Source: Pelomyxa schiedti
Taxonomy: Eukaryota > Protista > Evosea
Reading direction: 5' to 3'
NCBI GenBank assembly: GCA_020536535.1
Contig: JAHLWZ010000276.1
Location: forward strand, 19,524-83,523
DNA: 64,000 nucleotides
Position numbers and translations under genes: made by a program
The notes under the pieces: generated by a model
Seen by the model: only the letters and a program-made list of their open reading frames with translations
Databases searched by the model: none
What the model was told of the DNA's origin: nothing
Shown: positions 47,785 through 61,201 of the stretch, piece by piece
Layout: every line of letters begins with the position of its first letter
Numbering within the stretch: position 1 is the stretch's first letter

Positions 47785-49125
47785 ATGGCCAAGGTGTTTA
47801 TTTAGTGGTTTTTTTTTTTGTTGGTTGTTTGTGTTTTTTTTCTTAAAAATGCGGTAGGTGTTCGTTGGGAACCTTTCGTTCAAGACGCGCGATGAAAGCC
47901 TTATTGCTGCTTTCAGCCGCTTTGGAAAAGTGTAAGTGAACCGACTAATTTTAACATTAACTTGAAATACAAACATTCCACAACCTAAAACATACACTCA
48001 AATTCACGATTGCGTTACAGCATGACCGCCAACGTCATTGCTGACGGCACTCGCTCCTTGGGATACGGATTTGTTGAAATGGAGAATGAGGAGGCTGCCA
48101 GGCGTGCTGTTGAAGGCATGAACCACAAGGACCTTGATGGACGCACTATTAACGCCGAATTGGCACGTGCTCGCGATCCCAACGCGTATGCGGCTTTTTA
48201 TAACACTTGGAATTTCCTTTACTCACTTTCACGTAGCCCCCGCCGCCCTCCTCGCCGCTTCAACCCTAACTTCATGTCCGGCTATCCCATGCCCTTCCCT
48301 GGCCCCCAGCGCAACGATTACATGGGTGTCTCCCCTCAATCTCAGGCTCCCATGCAACCAATGCAACCCATGCAGCCAATGCAGCCCATGCAGCCAATGC
48401 AGCCCATGCAACCAATGACCCCTCAAACAATGCCCCCAATGCAGCCCATGCAACAAATGCAAATGCAACCAATGCCCATGCAGATGCAGTACATGATGCC
48501 TCACCCTGGTATGATGATGCCCGGTTTCCGCCGCGAGAGGAGACCCCAAATGCAGCCCCAGAACAAGTAAACTTCATTTTCGTAGCCATTTAACTCCTAA
48601 CCGTTTGTCTTTCAGGGTTCCATCCAAGACCACACTGTTTGTTGGAAACTTGCCTTTCGCAGTCACTGATGATACCCTCAAGGAGATTTTCGCTGAATTC
48701 AACCCCAAGGTTAACCTCTCATTCTCCAAAGTTTGTTGTACTAACATCTTCTTCAGGAAGTGCGCGTGATGCTCCGCCCCGATGGAACCAGCAAGGGATT
48801 CGGATTCGTTGAGTTCAACACTGAGGCCGACCAAACCAGGGCCTTGGACACCCTGGACAAGGTAGTCGTTGACAACAGGACCATTTTGATCAAGCAAGCC
48901 TTCTCCGAGCCATGTATTAATTCCCGCTCTCATCTCCCAACACCCCACTCCCAACAAACCAAGCAATCAACCGCTGAACTAAACAACGCGCTGTAACAAC
49001 TCCCGTTATCGGGTTACATTCTAACTCTCACCAATACAGTCCACAAACCCCAAGTTCAGACCTTCACTAATACCACAGCCACCACAGCCCCACCAAGCGG
49101 TGAGCCCAAGACCAACTCCCACTGA
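47785..49125 (+). CDS. Two-RRM RNA-binding protein with Met/Gln/Pro-rich linker; multi-exon
   Basis: KVFVGNLSF (RNP2) and SLGYGFVEM (RNP1); second RRM TLFVGNLPF and SKGFGFVEF. Confidence 0.88.
48352..48414 (+). repeat. Coding 9-bp tandem repeat, (MQP)x7
   Basis: ATGCARCCM repeated seven times in the RRM linker. Confidence 0.9.
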
Positions 49126-49285
49126 TAACCCCAAATACAAACCAACACTGATTGAAAGGAAGGGACTACCACCGCACACAACACATCCACATGTTTTGTG
49201 TCTGGTGGCACAATCCCCATGCAATAGGAAAAACAAAACCTGGTCGCAATTCGTTTTGTTTTTTTTTCTTAAAAAAAAGGGCTAG

Positions 49286-52200
49286 ATGGGAGACAGTGGG
49301 GGGACACCCACAAGTTCGCCGTCGTCAGGCGCGAGTGCCGCGACGTCGAGCGCAACAGGGACAGCCGAGAGGAGGATAAAGAGGTCAGTTGGTTGTCTAT
49401 TGTTCTGGTTTTTTTGTCGACTGCACGGTGCATCGTGCATCGCGTACGTGGGGTGTACTAATAGCAGGCACCCACCCAGGTTGGATGAGGCAGTTGTCAA
49501 TCGTATCGCGGCTGGTGAAGTGATTCACAGACCCGCTAATGCTGTACCCCCACCCCCTCCCCACTCCACCCCTCCCCCTTCCTTTGTTTCCTCCCTCGCG
49601 CCATGCCATTTTGTTTGTGTTCGTCTAATCTGTGCCTTTCCGGAAAGATCAAGGAGATGATGGAGAACTCGTTGGACGCTGGGTGCACCCAGATTTCTAT
49701 AACTGTGAAAGGCGGGGGGCTGAAGATGCTGCAGATACAGGATAATGGACATGGCATCAAGGTTGCTGGTAGCCTCATGTGTTTCGTTTTAACCACCTAG
49801 TTCTCAGTTGGACGATTTCCCTCTCGTTTGTGAGCGCTTTGCCACAAGCAAACTTCAGAAGTTCGAAGATTTGCAGTCGATTGCAACTTACGGGCAAGTG
49901 TCTATGGCTTTAGTCAGTCAAATTTGGCTGACAAACATGCAGATTCCGAGGTGAAGCTCTCGCCAGCATCAGCCACATTGCTCATGTAAAAATTACTTCT
50001 ATGACTGCTGATGCAACGTGTGGTTACAGGTTTGCATTTGGCTTGTACTGCTGACTTCTTTGTCTAATTGAGTACAGGGCCTCTTACTCAGATGGAAAGA
50101 TGCTTGGCTCTGTCCCATCACCCTGTGCTGCTGTTAAAGGCACCCTGATAATCGCTGAGGATTTGTTCTTCAATATTCCCACCCGATTGAAGACATTGAA
50201 AAACATAAGTGAAGAATATCAACGCATTGTGGAAGTGGTTACACGCTATGCACTGCATAACAGTGGAATTGCCTTTTCTTGCAAAAAAGTAAGTGCACAT
50301 CTTGACTTGATATGTCTTATGAATATGGCATTAATATTTTTAGTTTGGAGAGAACTCTGCAGAAGTAAACACTATGAGAGGCTCCACGATATTAGATAAC
50401 ATTAGGGTGCTATTTGGGAATGCCACTGCACGGGAGCTTCTACCCTTCAAGGTTATTCTTCACGGACTTTGTTTCTCCCGTTGATTATTTTAGTGTAATG
50501 ATGAAAATCTGGGATTTTCTGCCACAGGATATGTTTCACAAGCAAACTACTCCTTGAAGAAGACAACATTTGTGCTGTTTATTAACAGTAATTTGTTGTT
50601 ATCGTCCCCTGATGTCTTATGTCTCCCACAGATCGCCTTGTAGAAAGTATGCGGATAAAAAAAGCATTTGAAACTGTTTATGCACAGTATTTACCCAAGG
50701 GTTCGCATCCATGGTTGTACTTAGCCATCAGTATCACACCTCAAAATATCGATGTTAACGTACACCCTACAAAGGTACTCCAGCCACCGTTATAACAAAA
50801 AAAAACCCAAACAAAAACAGAGTGAAGTTAGGTTCCTTCATGAAGACGAAGTTGTTGATGCTTTGCACAAAACTCTGACACAAACTCTTCTGGAGCACAA
50901 TTCTTCAAGAACTTTCGCACTCCAAGTTTTCACCAACTTCACAAATAAAAAGTTAATTTCTTTTTAGAATGTCACTAATACCCCAACATCCACTGCCCTC
51001 TGTAGCACCCCTCCACCAAAAAAAGGTATTCCCGTTTTACAGTTCCCCCTTTGACTACCCTTAGATTCTGCAAAACCGATACCTCAAAATAAAATGAACC
51101 GTAGTGATTCTTCCATGCAAACACTAGATTCTTTCGCATTCAGGTCTCAACCCATCCAGACAAGCGACTCCCAAGCCACTGCACACATGGATATCTGCCA
51201 TACACAACCAGCTCAAGGCGCTGATGAGCATGTCACAACCTCCTCACATGCATCCTCGCCTTGCAGCACAGCCTCTACATCAAAACACGTTTCCAATGAT
51301 ACACCATCACAATCTAGTGTTAGGAAAAATCCACGGAAGGATGTAGGCTCTACAACTCCCCCTTCACAAACTGCTGGCAGGAAACGCCCGGCAACGGATA
51401 TGATATCTTCAAGGTTAAACTAGTACCAGTTGTTGTAGCCTTAAATTATCAAATAGATTACCCAAGAGGTATATTCCGGCGCTACTGGGAACAGTTATAG
51501 ACCGTGTGCAGGGTATACAAAGTGCATGTGATGAAGGAATGTAGTGAAGTTCATTGGTCAACTCACCTTAATACTTACACAGGCCTCGTTGAGCTCATTT
51601 CCTCTGCAACGTATGTCGGTCTGGTTGATTCCTCCTACTCCCTGATGCAAAGCCGAACTAACCTGTATGTCGTAAACATGCATACCTTGAGGTAATTCCC
51701 TCTTCTTCGATCTTCCGTCTCACTTGCACCACTTCCACGAATCCAAATCATTTTCCATTCAAACTCACATAGCAAGGAGTTGATGTACCAGCAGATATGG
51801 ATGCGGTTTGGTAACTTTGACAAACTGGTTCTCAACCCCCCGGCCTCAATACTTCGTTTGGCTCAAATAGCCCTCGAATCTCCGGTAACAGCCTACAATC
51901 CAGCCACTCAAGGTTCCGCTTCGAAAGTGGCTCAGGTTTTTCCGCTTTCTCCTTATTAATTCTCTTCCTCGCGTTTCTCTTCTTATTACCGTATCATTTC
52001 CCTTTGTTCATCATTCTGTAATTACTTTGGCTCTCCACTCTCCTTATACTTTTTCCACTAGTCTTGTTTTGAGACACTGGTGAAATGGGGACCCATGCTG
52101 AATGAGTACTTCTCTATCGAGGTTACCAAGGACGGCCTCATAAAGACCCTACCCCAGATTATTGAAAATTACATCCCAAACATGATATTCCTACCATTCC

Positions 52201-52714
52201 TGGTTCTCCGCCTTACCACCGAGGTTGGTTGTTTGTGTTTTACGTTTTCTTTACACTAATAAGAACTCAATAATGCCAAACACCCACTGACTCCTAACAC
52301 TGACAAAACCAACAGGTAACCTGGATATCTGAGAAGGAATGCTTCGATGCACTCGCGGAAATTCTATCCGACTTCTATGGCCTTCAGCGACCTGTTACCA
52401 CACGTTCCACATCACCCTCTGATACCTCATCCTCATCCACATCACCCGATTCAACAACAAGCTCCGGTAGCAACAGCAGTACTTCAAACACCACACCGAC
52501 ATCAACATCCGCTGCCGGTGGTACTAAGCCATCCTCTGCTGCTCGTGATAGTTACTTGGCAGATCAACAGAAGCAGCTGGAGTGGAATACGCAGCACGTG
52601 GTATTCCCTGCTATCAAGAGCTTGCTGTACCCGAGGCAAATATTTGCCACTGACGGCAGCATTGTCCAGGTGGCCGCTCTGGAAACACTGTATAAGGTGT
52701 TTGAGAGGTGCTGA
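49286..52714 (+). CDS. MLH1: DNA mismatch repair protein MLH1; multi-exon
   Basis: [72 protein letters not shown] and the C-terminal LYKVFERC stop. Confidence 0.97.
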
Positions 52715-53096
52715 CATCATAATAATCTAGAGACAAAATAGCCGGAACTCCTTCTCTCTTTGACTATTATGATTAGATAGTGCTAGGGAAATGTAGGTGG
52801 TGAAACTCCGGTTGTTGACTCACGAGATGGAGAATATATTGTGGAGAGACTGAAGTGAGACCGGATTGGGGATTCGGAGCGGATCGGGGATTCTGAGTGG
52901 AAAGCCCGCTGTGAAAAAGGGTCTTTATGGCCGCAGGGTTCCAGCAATGATCGTGGAATATGATGGTGGCTGGTTGTGCGTTGCGTGCATTCTGTGGGTG
53001 GTAGGGCTCTGGTGATTGCCGGTTTGTTTGATGCTTGTTGTGGGGACCGCGGAATTTCGGGGATTGTGGTGAGAAGCGTGACAGCGTGGAGGGGCT

Positions 53097-54446
53097 TCAA
53101 GGGAGGAAGGGTCTTGGACTGAAGTTGTCTGAAGGAAGTGGGCGAATCTCTGAGGAGCCGGGGACTGAGGTTGGCGAGGGTGAAGGACGCGAGGCTTGTG
53201 GTGAGGTAGTCGGTGGTGATAGTGACGGGAAAGCCGAAGAACTATAGGAGCTGAGGCAAGGTGAGGATGCGGGTGATTTCATCTGACAGAAATCCGAAGC
53301 TCCGTTTGGGGCACTGGGAGTAACTGTTGTGCAAGTACCAAACCGTTGGGATGTAAAATAAGTATTTGCCGAGGTTCGGAGTGGAAGGTGGGGGAGTAGT
53401 TGCGGCGAAGAATACGAGGGGTGTTGGATGTGGGTGGGGGATGGTAGTGCTGTAAGAGAACGGCAAGGAGTTGCTATCGAGTTCTGGTTCCTGGTGGCGA
53501 TTCCTGTGGAGGGAATCATGCAAGATGAAGCAGAGGTATTGGTTAGAATGTTATCTGCAGTGTTATTTATCTGGCACAATTGGAGCGGAGGTAGGACGGT
53601 AGGCGATTCTAGAAGGGAACGAGGGTAGCTTGCCGGGCTTCTAACGAGCCCATCCAAGGGCGAAGCCGGAGCGGGGGTTGAGAAAATCCAGCCTGATGCT
53701 TCCAGTTTGTCTGGTGGAATTCGGTGACGTGGTGACGCTAGAGTATGTGAGTACCTGTAAAAAGAGAAAACTCCAAGGGGTCCACCCACAAATCAAAGCA
53801 GAGCCACCTGGAAAGGAAAGTAGTCTCCATGCATAGAACATCTGCACGTGAAATCCTTGCAGCTTGAGCAATCCTGGCGTACTCATCTGGGCCAAAACAG
53901 TCATCAAGAAGCCTGAACTATGATGAGCCGGAATTTGTTGAAATTATCACACACTTCGCAGAAACTACAACGGTGGCAACAGCCAAATCCCTTTGTATTG
54001 CAAGCTCATTGTTTGGCAATTGACCTCGGGATTTTCGGGGTTCAGTGGAAGGAAGTGTGGGTGTAGAGAGAACGGCGCGGTCAGCAAGTAAGCAAGAAAG
54101 AACAAGAATAGCAGTGGAGATAAAATTGCACGTCGAAAGGCTAACAACGTGTTTGTTGGCATTAAGGAGCAAAATGTAAGGAGATATTTACTTCATAAAG
54201 AAAGTGTCCAGAAAATGACACAGCGTGGCAGAGCTTGGCTGCTGCGAGTTGTCACGCTTGGCGATTTCACCCACGCCGATCCACCTTAAAATATATAAGG
54301 GTCATTAGCATGTTTATACACAGTAAAACGAGAATTGCTATAAGACAGCTCCGCGTTCGTGGTGGGGGTTTTTTAACATACGACGGATGTGACGGCGGGC
54401 ACACGGAACGAAAGAATGACGCCGCTTTATGGTGATACGTGGCCAT
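53097..54446 (-). CDS. Pho80/Pcl (P/U-type) cyclin-like protein with Ser/Pro-rich tail; multi-exon (the tail may continue to about 52783)
   Basis: Spliced TLCHFLDTFF..TAILVLSCLLADR..LAVATVVVSAKLLDDCFGPDEYARIAQAARISRADVLCMETTFL resembles the cyclin-box ASKFLDD..N..WA..GG....LN.LE..FL pattern. Confidence 0.55.
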
Positions 54447-54701
54447 CACTGCCTGATCTCAAACAAACACGACACTAAAGTGCACTACCTGCCAAGTACC
54501 CACACCACACCGGAACCACCCAGCACTTCTTTGTTAGTGAAAATGAACAAGATCCACGGGGTGGTTTGTTGGTTGAATTTCCTGAACAACATCTGCTCCG
54601 GAGCTGTCAACCACGGAAAAGAAAAGTACTGCACAGAACGCCTTTCCTTCGCATTCTCGTTACCATCACAAGAATTCATTTTTCGTTGAGGAGGGAGGTA
54701 G

Positions 54702-57135
54702 ATGTCAATGTCGTTGTCCTCAAGATCCAAGGAAACGACGATGGGGACGATGAGCGAAAAGGACTGGGTCGTGTGGCTCTCGCGTCTGATCTGGGACCAA
54801 GTCGTGTCGCCAGGGTGGCTCGACCACGACAATGCCTCCCACAAGTACTCCACCATCAGCAGTAACAACAACAACACCCGTCACAAAAGGGAAAAGGCAC
54901 GAGTCAAAACACGGGTTCTGAGTCACGTTGCGACACTGTTCAGCCTCGCGGAGGCCACGTCGCCACTCCTCGTTGGTCTCATCTGCAACAGGGTCCTTCG
55001 CTTCGGCGTCGTTGGCGTTGTCGATGACGTTGCTGCCGAATCACTCGCCTCATCCCATAACTGCAACTGCAGGTATTACGTTGGCACGTACCGTGCGATC
55101 TTGAATGCAGCGTCTGTTCCCAGTGCCTCGTGTGTGCAGTGGATCCTGGACCACAGGCGGCAGATGAAGCCTAAGAATTCGACTCAAAATTCGGGGCAGG
55201 CAGATGGTCACCATCTGGATGAATGCACCGAGGAGGAGGAGGAGGAGGAGAGAGCTGTGATAAAAGAAGTGGCGGCGGTGTTGGTTGGGCTGTGTTGCTG
55301 CGGCAGCGTGGAGATGGCTCGGATGATGTTTGGTGATTCTGAAGCCTGTGGGAGGAGTTCCTTTTTCGCTGGCACGCTGCCATCGCTGTGGGATGGGCGA
55401 AGGGTCATTGGCTGGGCCAGAGTGTCGGAGCAATGTTGTGGGAATTCGGCAGCGAGTTCTTGTGAGAATGTGGGAGGGAGAGGATTGAGAGAGAAGGTGA
55501 GGGAGTATGTGAGGGCTGAGTGCGGGCATTATCCAGCATTCACAGTGGCGGTCAGATCAGGGCACGTTGATACCGTCAAGTGGTTGGCTTCTGTGCTTGG
55601 AATTTCCAGAGAAAATGCACCTTGGATGTTCTCAGAGGTTCCACTGTCTGTGGCCCTGCGCGGTGGGAAAATGGATATGGTGGAGTTCCTATTTGATGAG
55701 GGATTGTCTGCCGTGTCTTCCACATTAATCGCGGAACTTGGGTGGTGTGCTGAGGGAAAATCACCATCCAAAGTCTTGTGGTGTGCTGACAAGTTCTCAG
55801 TAGTCCCGCGTACAGAAAGCCTACTATTTCAATTATTGAGAAACAAGCGCAGCACTGTTGAGGATTGCCTGTGGATGGAAACCCATATTCTCAAGGCAGG
55901 AGCACGTGCATGCAACTTGAATGCAACCAAGAATGTTGATGTTGCAAAGTGGGTGTTGTCAATCCTCCCCAGGAAAGAACCTTATGTCTTGAATCTTCTC
56001 TTGCATAGCGTTGGAGAAGTGTCACTTGCAGAGTGGCTTGTCACAGAAGAGCGGTTCGAACCAACGGAGTACACGTTTGAATTGGCATGTTGCACACCAA
56101 TGAAGAAAGGATCCTCGCTGGCAAGGTGGCTCTCAAAGAGAGTGACACTCTCACAGTCTGACATCCTCACCTCCTTTACCAAGGCACTCAGTCATGGAAA
56201 CGTGGAGGTGGCGGAATGGATGGAGGAAACCTTTCACGTGATGGATGTTGTCAACTCCAACCCTGAAAGTGCTGGTTCCATGCTGCTTGAAGTGTGCCGA
56301 GAGTATCATGCGTCAGAGGAAAATGATGCAGGGTTGAAGTGGTTCATTCGTCATCTTTCACATCCGCAAGGGATTTCTGCAGACACAATTGAAGAATCAA
56401 TATCTGCAGGACTTGCATTCGCCTGCTCAAGTTTTGTTCCGTTGCTGCTGGAGGCTTTCCCTCAGTTCCATCTACACAGCTATCTACCTGTTTTTCAGAG
56501 ACTCGTTGCGTCCATGGGTGGCGATATCAACACGATCAAGCGTCTCCTTCAGACCCCACCATTGCCAACCAGAGAATTTGTGACACAGTGCCTGACTTCA
56601 GCCAACTTCCTGCCAGAATCAAGCAAAGTTGTGAAGTGGATGATCCGGCAGTTCCACCTCGACTCGAGTCATATCAGAGCCAACAACAACGGCCTTCTTT
56701 TCACTCTGCTCTCCATAAGGAAGAACAAGTGTGCTGAGTGGCTCATTGACTCGTTTGACATTCCTTTCTCTGAGGTGTGTCATTTGGCTCTTCCTTTCAA
56801 CTGACAGTAACCAACAACAGATTCTTGAGATGGTTAAAGCGTGCCCTGGAAACAATTATAACCCCGAATTCGACCTTGCAGGCTGGAAGATGATTCTGAG
56901 GAAGTACCAGAGGCACATCAACACAGAGGTGATTCTCCAACACCTGATGCCAGTCGTTACACTGTCACCACACATTGCACTCTTCACAATGCACCGTTTC
57001 GGCATCACACTTTCGGAAGTCGAGGCGGAAGTCAATCGCCACAAACACTCCCCATTGCTGGTACAAACCTGGATCACTGCTGCAGGTTTGCAAAGGTCCT
57101 CTTCACTCTCAGTAAGGAACAGCAACAACACCTGA
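54702..57135 (+). CDS. Lineage-specific degenerate ankyrin-like repeat protein, copy B1 (start may be 54741)
   Basis: SRLIWDQVVSPGW motif; AVRSGHVDTVKW, ALRGGKMDMVEF, ALSHGNVEVAEW; single 3' intron (about 56776-56820) at the same position as in A1-A3. Confidence 0.8.
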
Positions 57136-57172
57136 TTCGCCAAAAACGTATTCACGAAAAAACACGATCAAA

Positions 57173-59431
57173 ATGGCCCTCGCCCCAAGCGAGTCCTCCA
57201 CCCAATCGGGAACGACGGAGGGGTCCATTGTCCAGATCTCACGTTTGGTTTGGGACCACGTCATCTCACCAGGGTGGCTCGACGACGGCGAAACAATCAC
57301 CGACACCAACGCCAACGCCAACATCAGCTACAACAAGAAAAACAAGATGCGGAGAAGCCAGACGCGCCACGCGGGGATGTTCAGCCTCGCCGAGGCCCTG
57401 TTCCCACTTGTGGGACGCGTCTGCCGCAGAATTCTCGGCTTCAGCGATTACTGGAACTACGTTGGCACTTACCGTGCGATCTCGAGTGCCGCGTCGGTCC
57501 CAAGTCCCTCCTGCGTTTCTTGGATTCTGGGTCACAGGAATCTGATCCGGCATCCCACAAGTCCACTTGGGCAGCGTACTGGGAGCGGCTTGCATCTGAA
57601 CGTGACACCTCAGGAGGAGGGAGTCGTGGTCAAGGAGGTGGCAGCTGTGTTGCTTGGGTTGTGCTGCGGTGGCCACGTGGCGGAGGCTCAGAAGTTGTTT
57701 GGTGGTTCGGAGTCACGTGGCGGTGGCTCTTTCACTGGCACGCTGCCGCGATTGTGGGATGGCCGCCGCGTTTCGCGTTGGGAAGATGCATCTCGGTGCG
57801 GCGGTGGGAATTCAGTTGGTTCCACGGCGAGTCAGAATAATGTTGTTGGTGGGAGGGAATTGAGGCACAAGGTGAGCGAGTATGTCTGCGGGTCAGGCGG
57901 TGACTACGGCTTGGTGGCCATCGCCTCGCTGTCCGGCGTTGATTCCCTGAGGTGGCTGGTTTCTGCGCTTGGAGTCGCGAGGGAAGATGCGCGCTGGATG
58001 ATGCAGGAGCTGCTGCTGGTGGCACTGCAAGGTGGGAAGTTGGACGTGGCGGAGTGCCTCGTCGACGAGGTTGGCCTGCCTGCATCGCCACTTGCATGTG
58101 GGTGGTGTGCTAGTGGCAAAGCACCGGGAAGAACGAGGTGGTGCTCTGACAAGTTAGCTGTGGAGATGAAAGCGGAAATCGTGCAATATCCGTTGCTGAC
58201 AAACAAGCGCAGCACTGTTGAGGATTGCAGGTGGTTGGAAAGAAGAATCCACGAGAAAGGAGTTGACGGTTACATCCTGAACGAAATGAAGAATGCCAAC
58301 GTTGCGAAGTGGGTGTTGTCCATCCTCCCAGGACAAGCCTTCAGCTCTATTCATGTAGGTGAGCTCTTGCAAAGCGTTGGAGACGTGTCACTTGCAGAGT
58401 GGTTTGTCACAGAAAAGGGCTTTGTACCAAATGTGGGAACATTTATGTTGGCATGTTGCACACCAATGAAGAGAGGATCCTCACTTGCCAAGTGGATGTC
58501 CACCAGGTTTATCCTCACAGAGGCTGATATCATCACCTCTTTTGCAAAAGCCCTCGGTTGGGGCAACGTCGAGGTTGCTAACTGGCTGCAGGATACCTTC
58601 CACGTGATGGATGTTGCCAATCACAATCCGTGCATTGCCAGTTCCGTGTTGCTAGAGATTTGCCAGGAAGAAGGCATTTTTGTGTATGATGATGCAGGGT
58701 TGAAGTGGTTCATTCAGCACCTCTCGCAGCCCAACCTTATTCCTGAAGACACAATTCAAGATGCAGTATCAGCAGCACTTGCAATCTATTGCACATGTTT
58801 TGTTCCGTTGCTTCTGAAGGCTTTCCCTCAGTTTCGTCCACAAAGGGATCCACCTCTTCTTCAGAGCCTCATTGAGTTCATGGGTGGCGATATCAACACG
58901 ATCAAGCGCCTCCTTCAGACCCAACCATTGCCCACAACAGAGTTTGTGGCACAGTGCTTGACTTCAGACCAATTCCTGGCGGAATCAAGCAAAGTTGTGA
59001 AGTGGATGATCCAGCAGTTCCACCTCGAGTCCAGCCACGTCAGAGCCAACAGCAACAGGCTCCTTTTCACTCTGCTCTCCAGAAAGAAGAACAGGTGTGC
59101 TGAGTGGCTCATTGACTCGTTCGGCATTCCTTTCTCCGATGTGTGTGGTTCCCACTCTCCTCTTCCCTCCCAAGTCCCAAACCACTAAAAACAGATCGTT
59201 GAAATGGCTCCACTGTGGACTGGTGACTGCTGTCAGACTCCTCCCGACCTGGATGGCTGGAACATGATTCTGAGGAAGTACCAGAGGCACATCAACACAT
59301 CGGTGATTCGCCAGCACCTGATGCCAATCGTGACACTGTCACCACACATTTCACACTCGACAATGCTCCGTTTCGGCATCACACTCTCTGAAATCGATCG
59401 CCACAACCCAGAAGAACGTTTCCTACTGTGA
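57173..59431 (+). CDS. Lineage-specific degenerate ankyrin-like repeat protein, copy B2
   Basis: SRLVWDHVISPGW motif, 671-aa first exon, single 3' intron, last exon W.MILRKYQRHINT shared with B1. Confidence 0.8.
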
Positions 59432-59582
59432 ACCGCGTGAGGTAGGTTACTGAGTGTGGTGGTGATCACTACCACTGAAAAGCATTTTACGAGAAAAACG
59501 AGGAAATCAACCCTTGTGTGTGTTGCCACAGAGGAAACTGGTGTGGTTTTTTGTATTTTACCCCAAGTCCCAGTGTAGGGTG

Positions 59583-61127
59583 TCAGCCAAAAAGTGAGTT
59601 CACCCACTCGCTCAGGGAATAGGATCTCACTTCTGGGGTGCGAAAGGCGACGGGTACGATCGACAGAGGGAGGACACCCCTGGGCATCGTGATGGTGAAC
59701 AACGTGGCACCTGACACAGCATCAGTGAACGTGTGCATGGGCAGTGACAGGGCCGTGTTGTATGGAAGCCCATACCTCCTGGTCGATGACGTGTGCCAGC
59801 CGCAGTGTATCCCTTTCAATTTGGAGGGGGTCAGAGGTGTGCCTGGCACAGTTGTGCTCGTTACGAGAAGGCCGCAGCCTGCAGTGACCGCCTGGGTGCC
59901 TGGTGGGTGCCTGTATGTGCACAGTGGAACCGGGCATCGAGGATGGAACGACCCCCTCGATTGGTCTGCCTGGCACAGTGACGAAAGGGAAAAGATGGAT
60001 GTCGAGGCGTGGTCACTGGTTGTGGTGGCGAGGTGTGACTCATCGACTGCCTTGACTTCCAGGGGCTTTTTTGTGGCGTTTTTCAGCCAGGTGATAGGAT
60101 TCCCCGTACTTAAGTCAAGCAGGACCTGATTGTATGAGGTAATTGTGGCTGCCTTGAATGAGTGGTATTCGACGGCCTTTCCGGTGGAGACCATACGATG
60201 TGCCTTCTTCCTTTTGTGGCCAACTTTTGTGAACGGCAAGTAATATTTTAGATTGGCCCTGTCAATCAGCGGGGCACACAGTTCTTCAGAGAGCTCGTCA
60301 GTTAAACTGCATTCAAAAACTACGGCCGGATTCCTGATTTCGCCTTCCTGCCATACCTTGTTCAAGTCAACATGATGGACACAGAGGGCCGGACCCTCAA
60401 GAAGAAAAGACATCTCCAGAGTGTCAGACTCCGACTCGTACTCACTGGTCGTGCTCCAGAACCTCAGCTTCTGCAGCTCCCCTGTAAACGGACAGGCGAC
60501 AGGGTCCCCCCGCGCCATCCCATCCCCGCCAACCCGCCACACCATAATCCTCTTCGAATCCTTCGGCGACACCACTATCCACCTCCTGCTGCACGCGGCC
60601 CTCAGGGCTTTCCTATCAAACCTCGCTATTGACTGCTGCACACACTCCGAGTCCCCCGCGTAGTCGTCTTCGCCTTCGCCTTCGCCTGCTCTTTGCAGTT
60701 TCTTCACCACCAATGACATAATGTTTGGGTCGGTGGCGCTGCCGCTCCCCGTGTCCTGGGGCACGACGCACGTGTCCGGGGCGGTCCACCCGTACGCGTG
60801 CTCGTTGGGGTCCACGAAGCAGGGGAGCTGCACGAGGCCCAGCGTGTGCGAGACGCTGAAGAAGACCGCGAAGTCGGCGCGGCTGCGCGCGCCCAGGTAG
60901 GCGAGCACGGGGCGGTCGACGGCCACCACCCACCTCTTGCCGACGCACTCGACCAGGATGTGCGGGGGGACCGCCGCGACGTGGCAGCCGCGCCGGCGTG
61001 GGCCACGCGCGCCACCCCGAGGCGGCAGAAACGACGACGCGAGGGCGACAAATTGGTTGGCGGCTGTGAGGGCCCCGGAAAGACTAATAACAAGTTCGTC
61101 GTGGGTTGTGAGGCGTTGTTGGTGCAT
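59583..61127 (-). CDS. Intronless 514-aa hypothetical protein, beta-strand-rich
   Basis: Uninterrupted ORF with GC-rich 5' end; no family recognised. Confidence 0.7.
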   Translation of the reverse strand: MHQQRLTTHDELVISLSGALTAANQFVALASSFLPPRGGARGPRRRGCHVAAVPPHILVECVGKRWVVAVDRPVLAYLGARSRADFAVFFSVSHTLGLVQLPCFVDPNEHAYGWTAPDTCVVPQDTGSGSATDPNIMSLVVKKLQRAGEGEGEDDYAGDSECVQQSIARFDRKALRAACSRRWIVVSPKDSKRIMVWRVGGDGMARGDPVACPFTGELQKLRFWSTTSEYESESDTLEMSFLLEGPALCVHHVDLNKVWQEGEIRNPAVVFECSLTDELSEELCAPLIDRANLKYYLPFTKVGHKRKKAHRMVSTGKAVEYHSFKAATITSYNQVLLDLSTGNPITWLKNATKKPLEVKAVDESHLATTTSDHASTSIFSLSSLCQADQSRGSFHPRCPVPLCTYRHPPGTQAVTAGCGLLVTSTTVPGTPLTPSKLKGIHCGWHTSSTRRYGLPYNTALSLPMHTFTDAVSGATLFTITMPRGVLPLSIVPVAFRTPEVRSYSLSEWVNSLFG

Positions 61128-61201
61128 CTTCTACGTTTGGTTTACCAATTTAGAATTGGTAGGACCCTATTCACGAATCAACCGTTGATTTCAAAGCGAC
61201 G

